Shown in pieces: positions 1-7,997 of a stretch of 32,000 nt of DNA. Position 1 is the first letter of the stretch; each line of letters begins with the position of its first letter. The stretch is from Candidatus Electronema aureum (GTDB lineage Bacteria; Desulfobacterota; Desulfobulbia; Desulfobulbales; Desulfobulbaceae). The position numbers and the translations under genes were made by a program. The stretch spans positions 90,001 through 122,000 of the forward strand of contig NQJD01000003.1 of the NCBI GenBank assembly GCA_004284765.1, in the 5' to 3' direction. The notes under the pieces are model-generated. The model did not search any database. It was given only the letters and a program-made list of their open reading frames with translations, and was not told where the DNA came from.

Positions 1-190
1 AGCCTTGCAGGTCTCGTAAATTCTGCCCTTCTCCGTAGTACCATTTACCGAAGGAACACTCAGTTGAATTGACAGGTACTTTTTCCTTTTCAAGTGGCAC
101 ACCTTGAATTAAGGCAAGCGCATCTGTAACCCATTGCTTATGCGCACGCGCTGCTTCTCTCAAGGTTAAGATTACGTCATTTCTGTTCAT
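1..190 (-). CDS. CZB (chemoreceptor zinc-binding)-like domain protein; only the N-terminal 63 codons are present and the gene runs off the left edge
   Basis: Not in the ORF track. Minus-strand ATG at 190-188 is preceded by GGAAGGAGAGGAAAGC (revcomp of 191-206). My translation is MNRNDVILTLREAARAHKQWVTDALALIQGVPLEKEKVPVNSTECSFGKWYYGEGQNLRDLQG. It carries the H-x2-W ... C-x-F-G-K-W pattern I associate with CZB domains. Confidence 0.55.
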   Translation of the reverse strand, partial: MNRNDVILTLREAARAHKQWVTDALALIQGVPLEKEKVPVNSTECSFGKWYYGEGQNLRDLQG

Positions 191-220
191 GCTTTCCTCT
201 CCTTCCTTCTTGAATGAATA

Positions 221-238
221 TATCAGGATATCCTGATA
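221..238. promoter_or_regulatory. Perfect 18-bp palindrome TATCAGGAT/ATCCTGATA; candidate operator upstream of the CZB-like gene
   Basis: Read directly: tatcaggatatcctgata is its own reverse complement. It lies 31 nt upstream of the ATG at 190 and about 15 nt upstream of the Shine-Dalgarno sequence. With no loop it fits a dimeric DNA-binding site better than an RNA hairpin. Confidence 0.35.
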
Positions 239-251
239 CATACTTGTAGTT

Positions 252-282
252 GTAATGCAGGAGCAATATACCCCTGCATTAC
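252..282 (-). terminator. 10-bp perfect stem-loop just downstream of the outer-membrane protein gene; possible terminator but lacks a U-tract
   Basis: gtaatgcagg (252-261) pairs with cctgcattac (273-282) across an 11-nt loop. It sits 14 nt beyond the stop codon at 296-298. No T-run follows on the minus strand. Confidence 0.3.
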
Positions 283-295
283 CTTACAAGAAACT

Positions 296-1738
296 TTAGA
301 AGCGGAACCGCAGGCCGCCGCCGATGCGTCCGTATTCATCCAGCTCATCGATCTCGTCGGTTGCCACCCGGCCTTCCAAGAAAATTGCTACGCTGGTGGT
401 GGTTGGATTACCGAAGAGACGAAGGCCAAGCTCGGCGATGAAATCCGCTTGACTGTCCTCACTCGGCACATCATCCTCACCATTAGTCATCCATGCGCCG
501 ATACCGAGTCCCATGAAGAAGGGAGACCACGTTGCGCCGTTGGTTGAGCATTGGAAAAAGTTGTACTGCACCAAGAAATCAAGCAGGAAGGCATCAGCAC
601 CGGCATCGCCGTTTACTTTCGCTGCTCCACCGGCCAAGGCTAAGAAAGAGAACTGTGGATTAAGAACATACTCCACGCCTAACCTGCCGATTCCATACTC
701 CGCATCCTCAGACTGGCGAAGATAACCGCCATCAGCCACGAAATGGAAGGGTGACTCGCAGCAGGTGGCCGCAGTCTGTACCTCTTTCACTTTGACCACT
801 TCCTTGATCACTGGCTTGTCAACATAGACAGTTCTGGTCGGTCCCTGCACTCTGATCTTCTTAACCACCGTTCTGGTTGGGCCAGAAACACGGACTATTC
901 TTTCTGGGCCGGGAACCTGTACCTCCTTCACCCGGTCAACATACTTGATCACTTCTTTAGGAACATAGACGGTCGGGCCAGGAACATTAACCGGTACCCG
1001 CACTTGTCTAACGACCTCTTTGGGAACATAAACTGTCGGACCAGGCACCTGCACTTGTCTGATCACTTGTACTGGCACTTGAACCGGGCGATCAACATAC
1101 TTGATCACTTCTTTAGGAACATAGACGGTCGGGCCAGGAACATTAACCTGCACCGGCACCTGTCGGATCACTTCCACCGGTCTATCGACATATTTGATCA
1201 CTTCAACGGGTACCTGAACTTGCTGAATTTGCTGCTGCTGTACCACGGGCGCAGGAGCTGTCTCTTTCAGAGCCAAGTTACCGCATTGCATCGGCACGGC
1301 AAACGTATAGCGTCGTCCGTTTTTATCAATGGAGAATTCAAAGACCGACAATGAAGACTTACCGCCCCAAGTTACATCCTTCGCCACTTTCACCCGGCCT
1401 TGGCCGTAGCGACGGAAAAGCATCCAGTCAATGTGCTGGCCCGGTTGATACTCAACGATGCTGATCTGCTGCGGATTTTGCTCAATGTGCGCCTGCATTA
1501 AAGGAAACAAATCAACATTTCCGGCCCTTCTCATGCCATCCTGAATGTCGTTGCCCATCTCTTGCATCATTGCCCGGAGATCATCTACGCTTGTCAGTGG
1601 GCGAGAAACCGGATGTCGTCCCACTGTCTGTAAAATGTTGGCGGCCTGAACTGCACCTGTGGATGCTGATAGTGCCACTAACAAGGCGGCGGATGCTAAA
1701 ATTTTCTTTTTCACTGCGTTCTTTCTCCTTCTGTTCAT
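296..1738 (-). CDS. Outer-membrane/secreted protein: signal peptide, globular N-domain, V/P-rich tandem-repeat spacer, small C-terminal beta-barrel-like domain ending in Phe
   Basis: ORF 296..1789. The preferred start, ATG at 1738, gives MNRRRKNAVKKKILASAALLVALSASTGAVQA: basic n-region, hydrophobic core, VQA-type cleavage site. Residues ~191-338 (ORF-track numbering) are degenerate repeats of VPGPTVYVPKEVIKYVDRPV. The C-terminal ~150 aa has alternating hydrophobic/polar stretches and ends GGGLRFRF, the aromatic terminus typical of outer-membrane barrels. Confidence 0.7.
   Translation of the reverse strand: MNRRRKNAVKKKILASAALLVALSASTGAVQAANILQTVGRHPVSRPLTSVDDLRAMMQEMGNDIQDGMRRAGNVDLFPLMQAHIEQNPQQISIVEYQPGQHIDWMLFRRYGQGRVKVAKDVTWGGKSSLSVFEFSIDKNGRRYTFAVPMQCGNLALKETAPAPVVQQQQIQQVQVPVEVIKYVDRPVEVIRQVPVQVNVPGPTVYVPKEVIKYVDRPVQVPVQVIRQVQVPGPTVYVPKEVVRQVRVPVNVPGPTVYVPKEVIKYVDRVKEVQVPGPERIVRVSGPTRTVVKKIRVQGPTRTVYVDKPVIKEVVKVKEVQTAATCCESPFHFVADGGYLRQSEDAEYGIGRLGVEYVLNPQFSFLALAGGAAKVNGDAGADAFLLDFLVQYNFFQCSTNGATWSPFFMGLGIGAWMTNGEDDVPSEDSQADFIAELGLRLFGNPTTTSVAIFLEGRVATDEIDELDEYGRIGGGLRFRF
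776..1219 (-). repeat. In-frame coding tandem repeats (V/P-rich), including a 57-bp perfect direct repeat
   Basis: tcaacatacttgatcacttctttaggaacatagacggtcgggccaggaacattaacc occurs identically at 936-992 and 1092-1148, an offset of 156 nt (52 codons). Diverged copies lie between and around them. Confidence 0.85.
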
Positions 1739-1816
1739 TTTGTATATTCCAGACGGGCGATTCCCGCCTGACAATTCAGTCAACAGCATGACGCTGCTGG
1801 AGAACTCATAGGTTCA

Positions 1817-3463
1817 TCAGGCCGGAAATTCTTCTCTGCCGATCAAGGCTGCGCCGACCGCGTTGCCCACCTCATAATGCTCCGGGAAGCTAACGCTGGT
1901 GCGCAACCGCTCGGCCACCGCAGGCAAGAAGCAGCGTGAGGCCGCGCCAATGCCGATGATTGGAATTTTCACCGCTACACTGAGGGAAAACAGCGAGTTG
2001 TCACGGCTGCTAAGGAATGGCGCGGCCTCGCTGGCAGGCCAGACTTTGTGAGCTAAATAATCAAGAATGATGGTTTCTATCGTCTGCTCGGTTTCTGCAA
2101 CCACGCGCAGGCAGAGTGCTTCGACTTCCATATTCAAAGCAGCGGCTAACGCAGCTGCCCCGCGTTCAGCCTGTTCTTTGTTGCCGATTGCTAATCTGCT
2201 AAGAACGTGCAGGGCATCAGTCGGCGTGAAACCAATCATCCTAATTTGCTGCAAATTAGCTAACCGCTCTAACCGTTTTTCCAACGGTACGCCGCTCAGT
2301 CCGGTCTTCCACGCTAAGGTTTCAGGATTAACCGGCCCGTGGTCGCGCAGACAGCGGAGGATTTCATCCTGCGCCACGACCTGCTCGTCTAAGCCTTCGA
2401 TGGGCATGATCAAAGCGTTGCGCAAGCCGCAGCCTAACCAGTCTGCCGGATCAGGCAAATCAACAGTCATGGACAGCGGTTGCACCCGCGCGGTCGCCAG
2501 CCGGACGCAGCCTTCCTGTTCGTCAGCGGAGCAAATGACATGGGAATCGCCACCGCCGCCTGCTGTGTACATATCAACGGCCTCAATGTGGGTTTGCCAC
2601 TGGCCGATCCGGCAGCCTTCGCTACTGAGAACCGGATGACCATCGCGGATCATGCAGACATCGGTGGTGGTGCCGCCGACATCAACCACTAACGCGGTTT
2701 GCTCTCCGGCTGTGCAACCGAAACGAGCCGTAGCCGCCGGGCCGCTGGCCACGGTGATCGCCGCCCGTTGCACTGCCTCGTCCAAGCCTGCGCCTCTGCC
2801 GCTGCCGCAGATAATCGTCACTGGGCAGCTCAGGCCAGCTCGAAGCATGGAAATCTGCACTGAAGAAAGAAAGCCAACCATCAGCGGCATCAGTCGGGCG
2901 TGCAGGCAGGCTGTAGCCGCCCGCCCGTGCATACCCGGACTGCCGCTGACTTGGTGCGAGCAGAAAACCGGTTTAGGATCGAGAATGGCAATGGCTTCTT
3001 CCGCTACCAGCTCATGCACCGGATTTTTAATCGACATGGCACTGCACACTGCGTAGCTGTCAACTTCGCCTCGGATCGCCCGAACAGCATCCACTAGTCC
3101 TTCAACGTCAAGCGGCTCATCCTCGTCGCCGGTGATTTTGTGACCGCCTTTCATGAAAACACTGGCAGTCACAGGCAGCTTGAAATGACGGACATGGCCG
3201 AAAACCAGCAAGCCGACCCGCGCCCCTCGGCCTTCAACCACCGCGTTGGTAGCAAGAGTAGTGGAGACAGACAGCCGATTGATCGCTTCTGGCGAAATCC
3301 CAGAGGCTAACAGCCGTTGCAGTACTCGGCCCACGCCGATGCCGAGATCGTGGTGGGTGGTCGGCTCTTTGACCGAATATGCCACTTGGAGGGTGGAATT
3401 GCTGATCAGAACGCCGTCGGTACACGTGCCGCCGGTGTCAATGCCGATGCTATAACTGTCCAT
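1817..3463 (-). CDS. Hydantoinase/oxoprolinase (HyuA-like, ASKHA-fold) family protein
   Basis: 548-aa ORF. The N-terminus SIGIDTGGTCTDGVL and the internal VVDVGGTTTDV are the two phosphate-binding GGT-TD motifs of hydantoinase A / acetone carboxylase beta-type proteins. Confidence 0.75.
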   Translation of the reverse strand: MDSYSIGIDTGGTCTDGVLISNSTLQVAYSVKEPTTHHDLGIGVGRVLQRLLASGISPEAINRLSVSTTLATNAVVEGRGARVGLLVFGHVRHFKLPVTASVFMKGGHKITGDEDEPLDVEGLVDAVRAIRGEVDSYAVCSAMSIKNPVHELVAEEAIAILDPKPVFCSHQVSGSPGMHGRAATACLHARLMPLMVGFLSSVQISMLRAGLSCPVTIICGSGRGAGLDEAVQRAAITVASGPAATARFGCTAGEQTALVVDVGGTTTDVCMIRDGHPVLSSEGCRIGQWQTHIEAVDMYTAGGGGDSHVICSADEQEGCVRLATARVQPLSMTVDLPDPADWLGCGLRNALIMPIEGLDEQVVAQDEILRCLRDHGPVNPETLAWKTGLSGVPLEKRLERLANLQQIRMIGFTPTDALHVLSRLAIGNKEQAERGAAALAAALNMEVEALCLRVVAETEQTIETIILDYLAHKVWPASEAAPFLSSRDNSLFSLSVAVKIPIIGIGAASRCFLPAVAERLRTSVSFPEHYEVGNAVGAALIGREEFPA

Positions 3464-3760
3464 GTCTATCGTGCCCGCTTGTCTCTTTTTCCGCTGAAAA
3501 GTATTCAGAAATCATGCGCCTTACTCAAAGCTGCTTGGAAGGAGCTATTGTAAACCGGCATCTACGGATTGTCCAGCGTGGACTGCACGGGCAGCAGGTG
3601 ACAGAGGACGGTTTTTAGCGTATAGTGGGACAAAAAAGCGTTCACGCCGAAAATGAAATAATAAACAGTGCAAAACCTCAGCGTTAGACCTTAGACAGTC
3701 TGCGGCTAAAAAGTCCTTGCGGATGACTGAGCAAGAGGTCTAATATATTTCTTCATAGAC

Positions 3761-4163
3761 ATTTCCTCACCTAATGTGCAACTCTTAACAAAGTCTCGTA
3801 GGTTGGGGTGAGGCACTAAACCCTAACAAGCATGAGAACCCCAACCTTCTGCGAGACAAAAGGCATAGGTTTTGCCTCGCAAAAGGCATAGGTTTTGCCA
3901 TGCAAAAGGCATAGGCTTTGCCTCGCAAAAGGTATAGCTTTTGACATGCAAAAGGTATGCCTTTTGTTTATCAAGGTCTGGATAAGTGATTTTAAAAATG
4001 CGTCGCAAGCGGCGGGGTAGTAGACCCGCAGCTTCGCAATAAAACTGTCTCGATCCATTGGCGCACTCCTTGTGAATAGGGCTTAGATACCGCTATTCTA
4101 CAGAATGCGCCCAATGGATCGGGCATCTTTTTTAAGAAAGAGTTGCACATTAGGTATTTCCTC
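3761..4163. mobile_element. MITE-like non-autonomous insertion: element 3769-4155 (387 bp) with perfect 18-bp terminal inverted repeats, flanked by the 8-bp direct repeat ATTTCCTC
   Basis: Left end: atttcctc|acctaatgtgcaactctt (3761-3768 | 3769-3786). Right end: aagagttgcacattaggt|atttcctc (4138-4155 | 4156-4163). The right inverted repeat is the exact reverse complement of the left. No transposase-sized ORF lies inside. Confidence 0.55.
3857..3966. repeat. About 4.8 tandem copies of a 23-bp unit (caaaaggcataggttttgcc + tcg/atg), each a short imperfect hairpin
   Basis: Unit starts at 3857, 3880, 3903, 3926 and 3949. The first two 20-nt cores are identical and later copies drift (ggctttgcc, gcttttgac). 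The last copy forms a perfect 7-bp stem, caaaagg-tatg-ccttttg. Confidence 0.85.
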
Positions 4164-4184
4164 TTCTGCTAAAGCCTACCCATT

Positions 4185-4985
4185 ATGACCACGCAAATAT
4201 TATCAGTAACCAACCAGATACCCGAATACTGTCGCGCCATGAGCAGCAGCGACACCTTTCACTTTTCTTGTAATTCCAGCGTGGCGTGCTTCAACGAATG
4301 CTGCCGCCAACTCGACCTTGCCCTCACGCCCTATGATGTGTTGCGTTTGAAAAACCGACTCAAGTTGGATTCTGGAGCCTTTCTTGAACGCTACGTGATT
4401 GTTGAATGGGAAGAAGGAATGCGCTTTCCGCACTGCTACCTAACCACAGTTGACGATGGTCGGGGCAGCTGCGTTTTTGTCAAAGAGCAAGGATGCAGCA
4501 TCTATGACGACCGGCCCGCTGCTTGCCGAGCCTATCCCACCGGACGCGGTGCCTCACGCCGGGTCGATGGCACGGTGACTGAGCAATATGTGCTGTTGCG
4601 AGAGCCGCACTGCCTCGGCTTTGCCACTGGACAACAGCATACCGTACCGGAATATTTCCAGACCCAAGGCTTGGCTGATTACAATCGCTACAACGATCAG
4701 CTCCTCCAGCTGCTCCACCACCCGCACGTCCGAGCGGGCTTTCGTCCCAATCGAGCGCAGGCGGATCAGTTTATCATGGCCCTGTATAATTTAGATTTTT
4801 TCCGTCGGGAACTGATGACGGGCAGGCTCAAAATGAAGCAGCCTCTTTCACCGATGGAATTTCGCTCGTTGTCCGCCGGTGATGACCGACCTCTGCTGCT
4901 TTTGGCCGTGCGCTGGCTCCTTCAGGAGTATTTCGATGAATACTGGACCAGCACTGGGTACCGGAAAATCAATTCAGCTGCATGA
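4185..4985 (+). CDS. YkgJ/UPF0153-type cysteine-cluster (CxxCxxCC family) protein, paralogue 1
   Basis: 266 aa. Motifs: C-x6-C-x3-CC followed by LDLALTPYDVLRLK, then GSCVFV...GCSIYDDRPAACRAYP. This C...CC / C-x-IY-x-x-RP-x-x-CR-x-(Y/F)-P layout is typical of the family. Confidence 0.7.
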   Translation: MTTQILSVTNQIPEYCRAMSSSDTFHFSCNSSVACFNECCRQLDLALTPYDVLRLKNRLKLDSGAFLERYVIVEWEEGMRFPHCYLTTVDDGRGSCVFVKEQGCSIYDDRPAACRAYPTGRGASRRVDGTVTEQYVLLREPHCLGFATGQQHTVPEYFQTQGLADYNRYNDQLLQLLHHPHVRAGFRPNRAQADQFIMALYNLDFFRRELMTGRLKMKQPLSPMEFRSLSAGDDRPLLLLAVRWLLQEYFDEYWTSTGYRKINSAA

Positions 4986-5758
4986 ATTCTCTCATTCCCC
5001 ACCAATACATTGCCATGACCGCCCATCTTCCTGAACACTGCCAACCCCTTGCAGCTGATGAAAAATTTTGCTTCGCCTGCCATCCCGGTGTGACCTGTTT
5101 CACCGAATGCTGTCGCCAGCTTGACCTCGCCCTCACTCCTTATGACCTACTGCGCTTGAAAAAACGGTTAGGGTTGGATTCCGGCAGCTTTCTTGAACAA
5201 TACGTGATCGTGGCTTGGGAGGAGGGCATGATTTTTCCTGCCTGCTTCTTGACTATGATCGACGACGGCAGGGCCAGCTGCGTCTTTGTCACCGACGAAG
5301 GGTGTAGCGTTTATGACGACCGGCCCGCTGCTTGCCGGGCCTATCCTGCCGGACGTGGTGCCTCGCGTCGGGCAGATGATACACTCGCCGAGCGTTTTGT
5401 TTTACTGCGGGAGCCGCATTGTCTTGGTTTTGCTGAACAGCAAGCGCAGACTGCGCCGGAATATTTTCAAGCCCAAGGGCTGACTGAGTTCAACTGCTGC
5501 AACGATCAGCTCCTGAGCTTATTTCAGCATCCTCAGATTCAAGCAGGTTTTCGGCTCACGCAGGCGCAGATGGATCAGTACATCATGGCCTTGTACAACG
5601 TAGATTTTTTCCGTCAAGAGATGGCCGACGGCAGAATCATGATGAAACGCCCCCTTTCGGTCTTGGAGCTTCGTGCGTTAGCCGGTGATGACGAAGAGCT
5701 GTTGCTCCTCGGTCTGCGCTGGCTGTTACAAGAATATTTCGGTGAGACGAGCAGATGA
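4982..5758 (+). CDS. YkgJ/UPF0153-type cysteine-cluster protein, paralogue 2 (tandem duplicate)
   Basis: 258 aa, collinear with the upstream gene and roughly two-thirds identical by eye. Same Cys motifs (FACHPGVTCFTECC; GCSVYDDRPAACRAYP). Its start overlaps the upstream stop (ATGA at 4982-4985). Confidence 0.7.
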   Translation: MNSLIPHQYIAMTAHLPEHCQPLAADEKFCFACHPGVTCFTECCRQLDLALTPYDLLRLKKRLGLDSGSFLEQYVIVAWEEGMIFPACFLTMIDDGRASCVFVTDEGCSVYDDRPAACRAYPAGRGASRRADDTLAERFVLLREPHCLGFAEQQAQTAPEYFQAQGLTEFNCCNDQLLSLFQHPQIQAGFRLTQAQMDQYIMALYNVDFFRQEMADGRIMMKRPLSVLELRALAGDDEELLLLGLRWLLQEYFGETSR

Positions 5759-6444
5759 AGAACGAAACAGTAGAAATTCCCCCAGAGCTGTTAGCCGCTC
5801 TCCGCCAGATCAGCGCACAATACTGCACAGAGGCGGGTGGTTCGCACGGCCCGGATCACACCGAACGGGTTTTGCAAAACGCACTGGCTATAGGCCGCAG
5901 CGTGGGCGCACGATTAGATATTTTGATTCCCGCAGCCCTACTGCACGATATTGGCCGGAGTGAGGAAAGCCGCAGCCAAGGCGCGCTTTGTCATGCCGAC
6001 CTCGGCGCGGACATGGCAGAGCCGATTCTCCGCGAATTGGGCTACAGCGAGGAAGATCAAGTCGCAATCTGCCACTGCATCCGCGCCCATCGCTTTCGGG
6101 GCAGCACTGAGCCGGAAACTATAGAGGCAAACATTATCTTTGATGCCGACAAGTTAGATTCAATCGGTGCTATCGGTATAGGCCGAGCTTTCCTTTTTGC
6201 TGGGCAGATCGGGGCGCGGTTGCACAACGCCGAGCTGGATCATACGAGAACGAAAGCTTATTCCGGCGAGGACACCGCCTATCGCGAATTTCAGGTCAAG
6301 ATGTCTAAGGTACGCGGCCAGATGCTGACTGCAGTTGGGCGGCAGGTTGCTCGCAAACGGCATGAGTTTATGGAGACCTTTTTTGCTGAACTAAATCTGG
6401 AGATTTATGGCAGCTTCTTGCAGGTTGAGGCAGAGGGTGATTAA
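5755..6444 (+). CDS. HD-domain metal-dependent phosphohydrolase
   Basis: 229 aa. H...HD...D signature: GPDHTERV, AALLHDIGR, IRAHRF, DADKLDSIGA. ATGA overlap with the upstream stop at 5755-5758. Confidence 0.8.
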   Translation: MKNETVEIPPELLAALRQISAQYCTEAGGSHGPDHTERVLQNALAIGRSVGARLDILIPAALLHDIGRSEESRSQGALCHADLGADMAEPILRELGYSEEDQVAICHCIRAHRFRGSTEPETIEANIIFDADKLDSIGAIGIGRAFLFAGQIGARLHNAELDHTRTKAYSGEDTAYREFQVKMSKVRGQMLTAVGRQVARKRHEFMETFFAELNLEIYGSFLQVEAEGD

Positions 6445-6615
6445 TCAATTTTTCCAAAGAGAAGATGGCTTGAATAGGACTTTCGTAGATTTCTTTTTCG
6501 GTGTACAACTAATCATCTGCATTAGAGAGCAAAGCCAATCGATTGTTCTTGGTATGACTATGTAGTTCCTGAAAGAAAGGCGACGGCAGCTGGTCTGCAA
6601 GGAGGGGGAAAAGCT

Positions 6616-7122
6616 ATGTTCCTGAATATTCCTGAAACAACATCTGCTCGTAAAACAACTCCACCCTCAAGCAAGTCTGCTGAACACGGTAACAGTCCAA
6701 CGGCAAATCAGCTCTGGAGTGTGATTGAATTTTCCCGTCAGTTTCCTGATCTGACGCTTTCTTTAGTTGCAGACCTGAAAGCGACCGAGTTAGCGGCAAC
6801 GAAACGAATTCAGACAGAAGAATCTGCTGAACAGCTCGAATTTCCACCCTTGGTCGTTCCTGATCTCAAAGAACGCAGAACGCAGAAAAGACAACATGAT
6901 CCTTCCGAGGACGAGGATATAGAGAAAGAAATAGCTCTTTTTGCTGCTGGCGAATTACCGCCTGAACCACTGCTGCCACCCGTTACCTCGCCGAAAGAAA
7001 AAATGCAAATCTGGCAGTATCTCCTGACTTTTTTCGCCCTTTTTCTCCTGTTCTTGTGGCTGCACAGCGGCATGGAGGACACCGTGCAGCCACAGAGCGA
7101 CCATATCGCCTCAAGGCAGTAA
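6616..7122 (+). CDS. Hypothetical protein, acidic/low-complexity, with one C-terminal transmembrane helix
   Basis: 168-aa ORF with a strong Shine-Dalgarno (aggaggggg, 6600-6608) 7 nt upstream of the ATG. C-terminal IWQYLLTFFALFLLFLWLH is hydrophobic. I recognise no family. Confidence 0.5.
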   Translation: MFLNIPETTSARKTTPPSSKSAEHGNSPTANQLWSVIEFSRQFPDLTLSLVADLKATELAATKRIQTEESAEQLEFPPLVVPDLKERRTQKRQHDPSEDEDIEKEIALFAAGELPPEPLLPPVTSPKEKMQIWQYLLTFFALFLLFLWLHSGMEDTVQPQSDHIASRQ

Positions 7123-7148
7123 ACAGATTTTCCTTGTTGAGCAGCGCA

Positions 7149-7508
7149 TCAATAGGAGTGCGTCCCCAGCACCACCTGCACCCCGAATTTCTTCTCCAGC
7201 GTAATCTTCAAATCTTCATACATCAGCGGGCAACCTGCGGTCTCCATCGCTGCCTTGATGCAGGTGCCGAGATGCACCACTTCCATCGGCCTGCCGATAT
7301 TGCTGGTGGTCTCTTTCAGCAGTTTGACGCGCGGCACAGTTAGGCCGGGACAGCCACCGCAGTCGGTCATTGCCACCAGCTCAATCTCCTCATCCTTGTA
7401 GCGGGCGAACTCACCGTTCTTTTCCGCCATGCCCTTGTAGCACTTGGCGCAGGCGATGCAAGAATGATCCTTGATTTGTTTGCAGTACAGAATTGCGATT
7501 TTAGCCAT
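7149..7508 (-). CDS. CGGC-domain protein
   Basis: 119 aa. MAKIAILYCKQIKDHSCIACAKCYKG ... ELVAMTDCGGCPG matches the CGGC-domain layout. AAGGAGA Shine-Dalgarno upstream of the ATG. Confidence 0.8.
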   Translation of the reverse strand: MAKIAILYCKQIKDHSCIACAKCYKGMAEKNGEFARYKDEEIELVAMTDCGGCPGLTVPRVKLLKETTSNIGRPMEVVHLGTCIKAAMETAGCPLMYEDLKITLEKKFGVQVVLGTHSY

Positions 7509-7997
7509 TTGCTTCTCCTTTTTAGGCTTAGATGTTGGTTGTTAATAGTAGTAAATAGCATGGGGATAAAAAAACATCACACACAGGTGTGACTTCATAA
7601 TGAAGTAAAGATCAAAACATTTCTCATTTCTATCCATTTTAAAATGGTAGCAATGCCTGTTTTTGAATTAGTAACATTTTTTATGATTACTTCCTGCTTT
7701 GTTCAGCAAGAGACAGTAATCAAGTTACATTTTTTTAAATATCATCATCAAGATATAACATCTTATCACCTTTTGAAAAAAAATCAATACGCCAATCGCG
7801 GCCACTTGCCTTGTGCATACAGAATTTTCCCCTTAACTACCGCGCATCCGGCAGGGAAAATTTTCGCTGTACTCGGAATGACAGGCGTGGTGTTTGTGTT
7901 GATACTTTCATGCGTTTATGGTTGGATTCTTGTATTCGCACCAAAGCGGCACCTCCGACCCATGCAGCATTGCACAAAAAACATTAAACGAACCTTG

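Noticed and set aside
2067-3553. Plus-strand ORFs of 65-190 aa (2067, 2480, 2652, 2900, 3246, 3317), plus a minus-strand alternate-frame ORF at 3234
   Set aside because: All overlap the hydantoinase-family gene in G+C-rich DNA. Their products are Ala/Arg/Ser/Pro-rich, which is a compositional artefact.
3684-3743. 8-bp inverted repeat ttagacct ... aggtctaa enclosing ~45 nt upstream of the hydantoinase gene; possible small RNA or riboswitch
   Set aside because: It has a single short stem and no recognisable riboswitch core. There are no promoter or terminator signals to define an RNA gene.
3857-3966. Possible CRISPR array
   Set aside because: The repeats abut each other with only a 3-nt linker. 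There are no unique spacers and no cas genes in the window, and the 23-bp unit is shorter than CRISPR repeats.
3816-4058. 80-aa and 61-aa minus-strand ORFs inside the MITE-like element
   Set aside because: Most of their length is just the translation of the 23-bp tandem repeat (period not a multiple of 3, giving pseudo-repetitive peptide). There is no Shine-Dalgarno. They are more parsimoniously non-coding.
4059-4074. Sigma54-like -24/-12 element TGGCGC-N5-TTGT facing the ykgJ-like operon
   Set aside because: The spacing is right, but the near-invariant -12 GC is GT here. No enhancer-binding-protein gene is nearby. The evidence is insufficient.
7576-7610. Two adjacent short palindromes (tcacac-acag-gtgtga; cttcat-a-atgaag) in the CGGC/GT39 divergent intergenic region
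   Set aside because: They have 6-bp stems, no flanking U-tracts and no repetition elsewhere in the window. They cannot be distinguished from chance in A+T-rich DNA.
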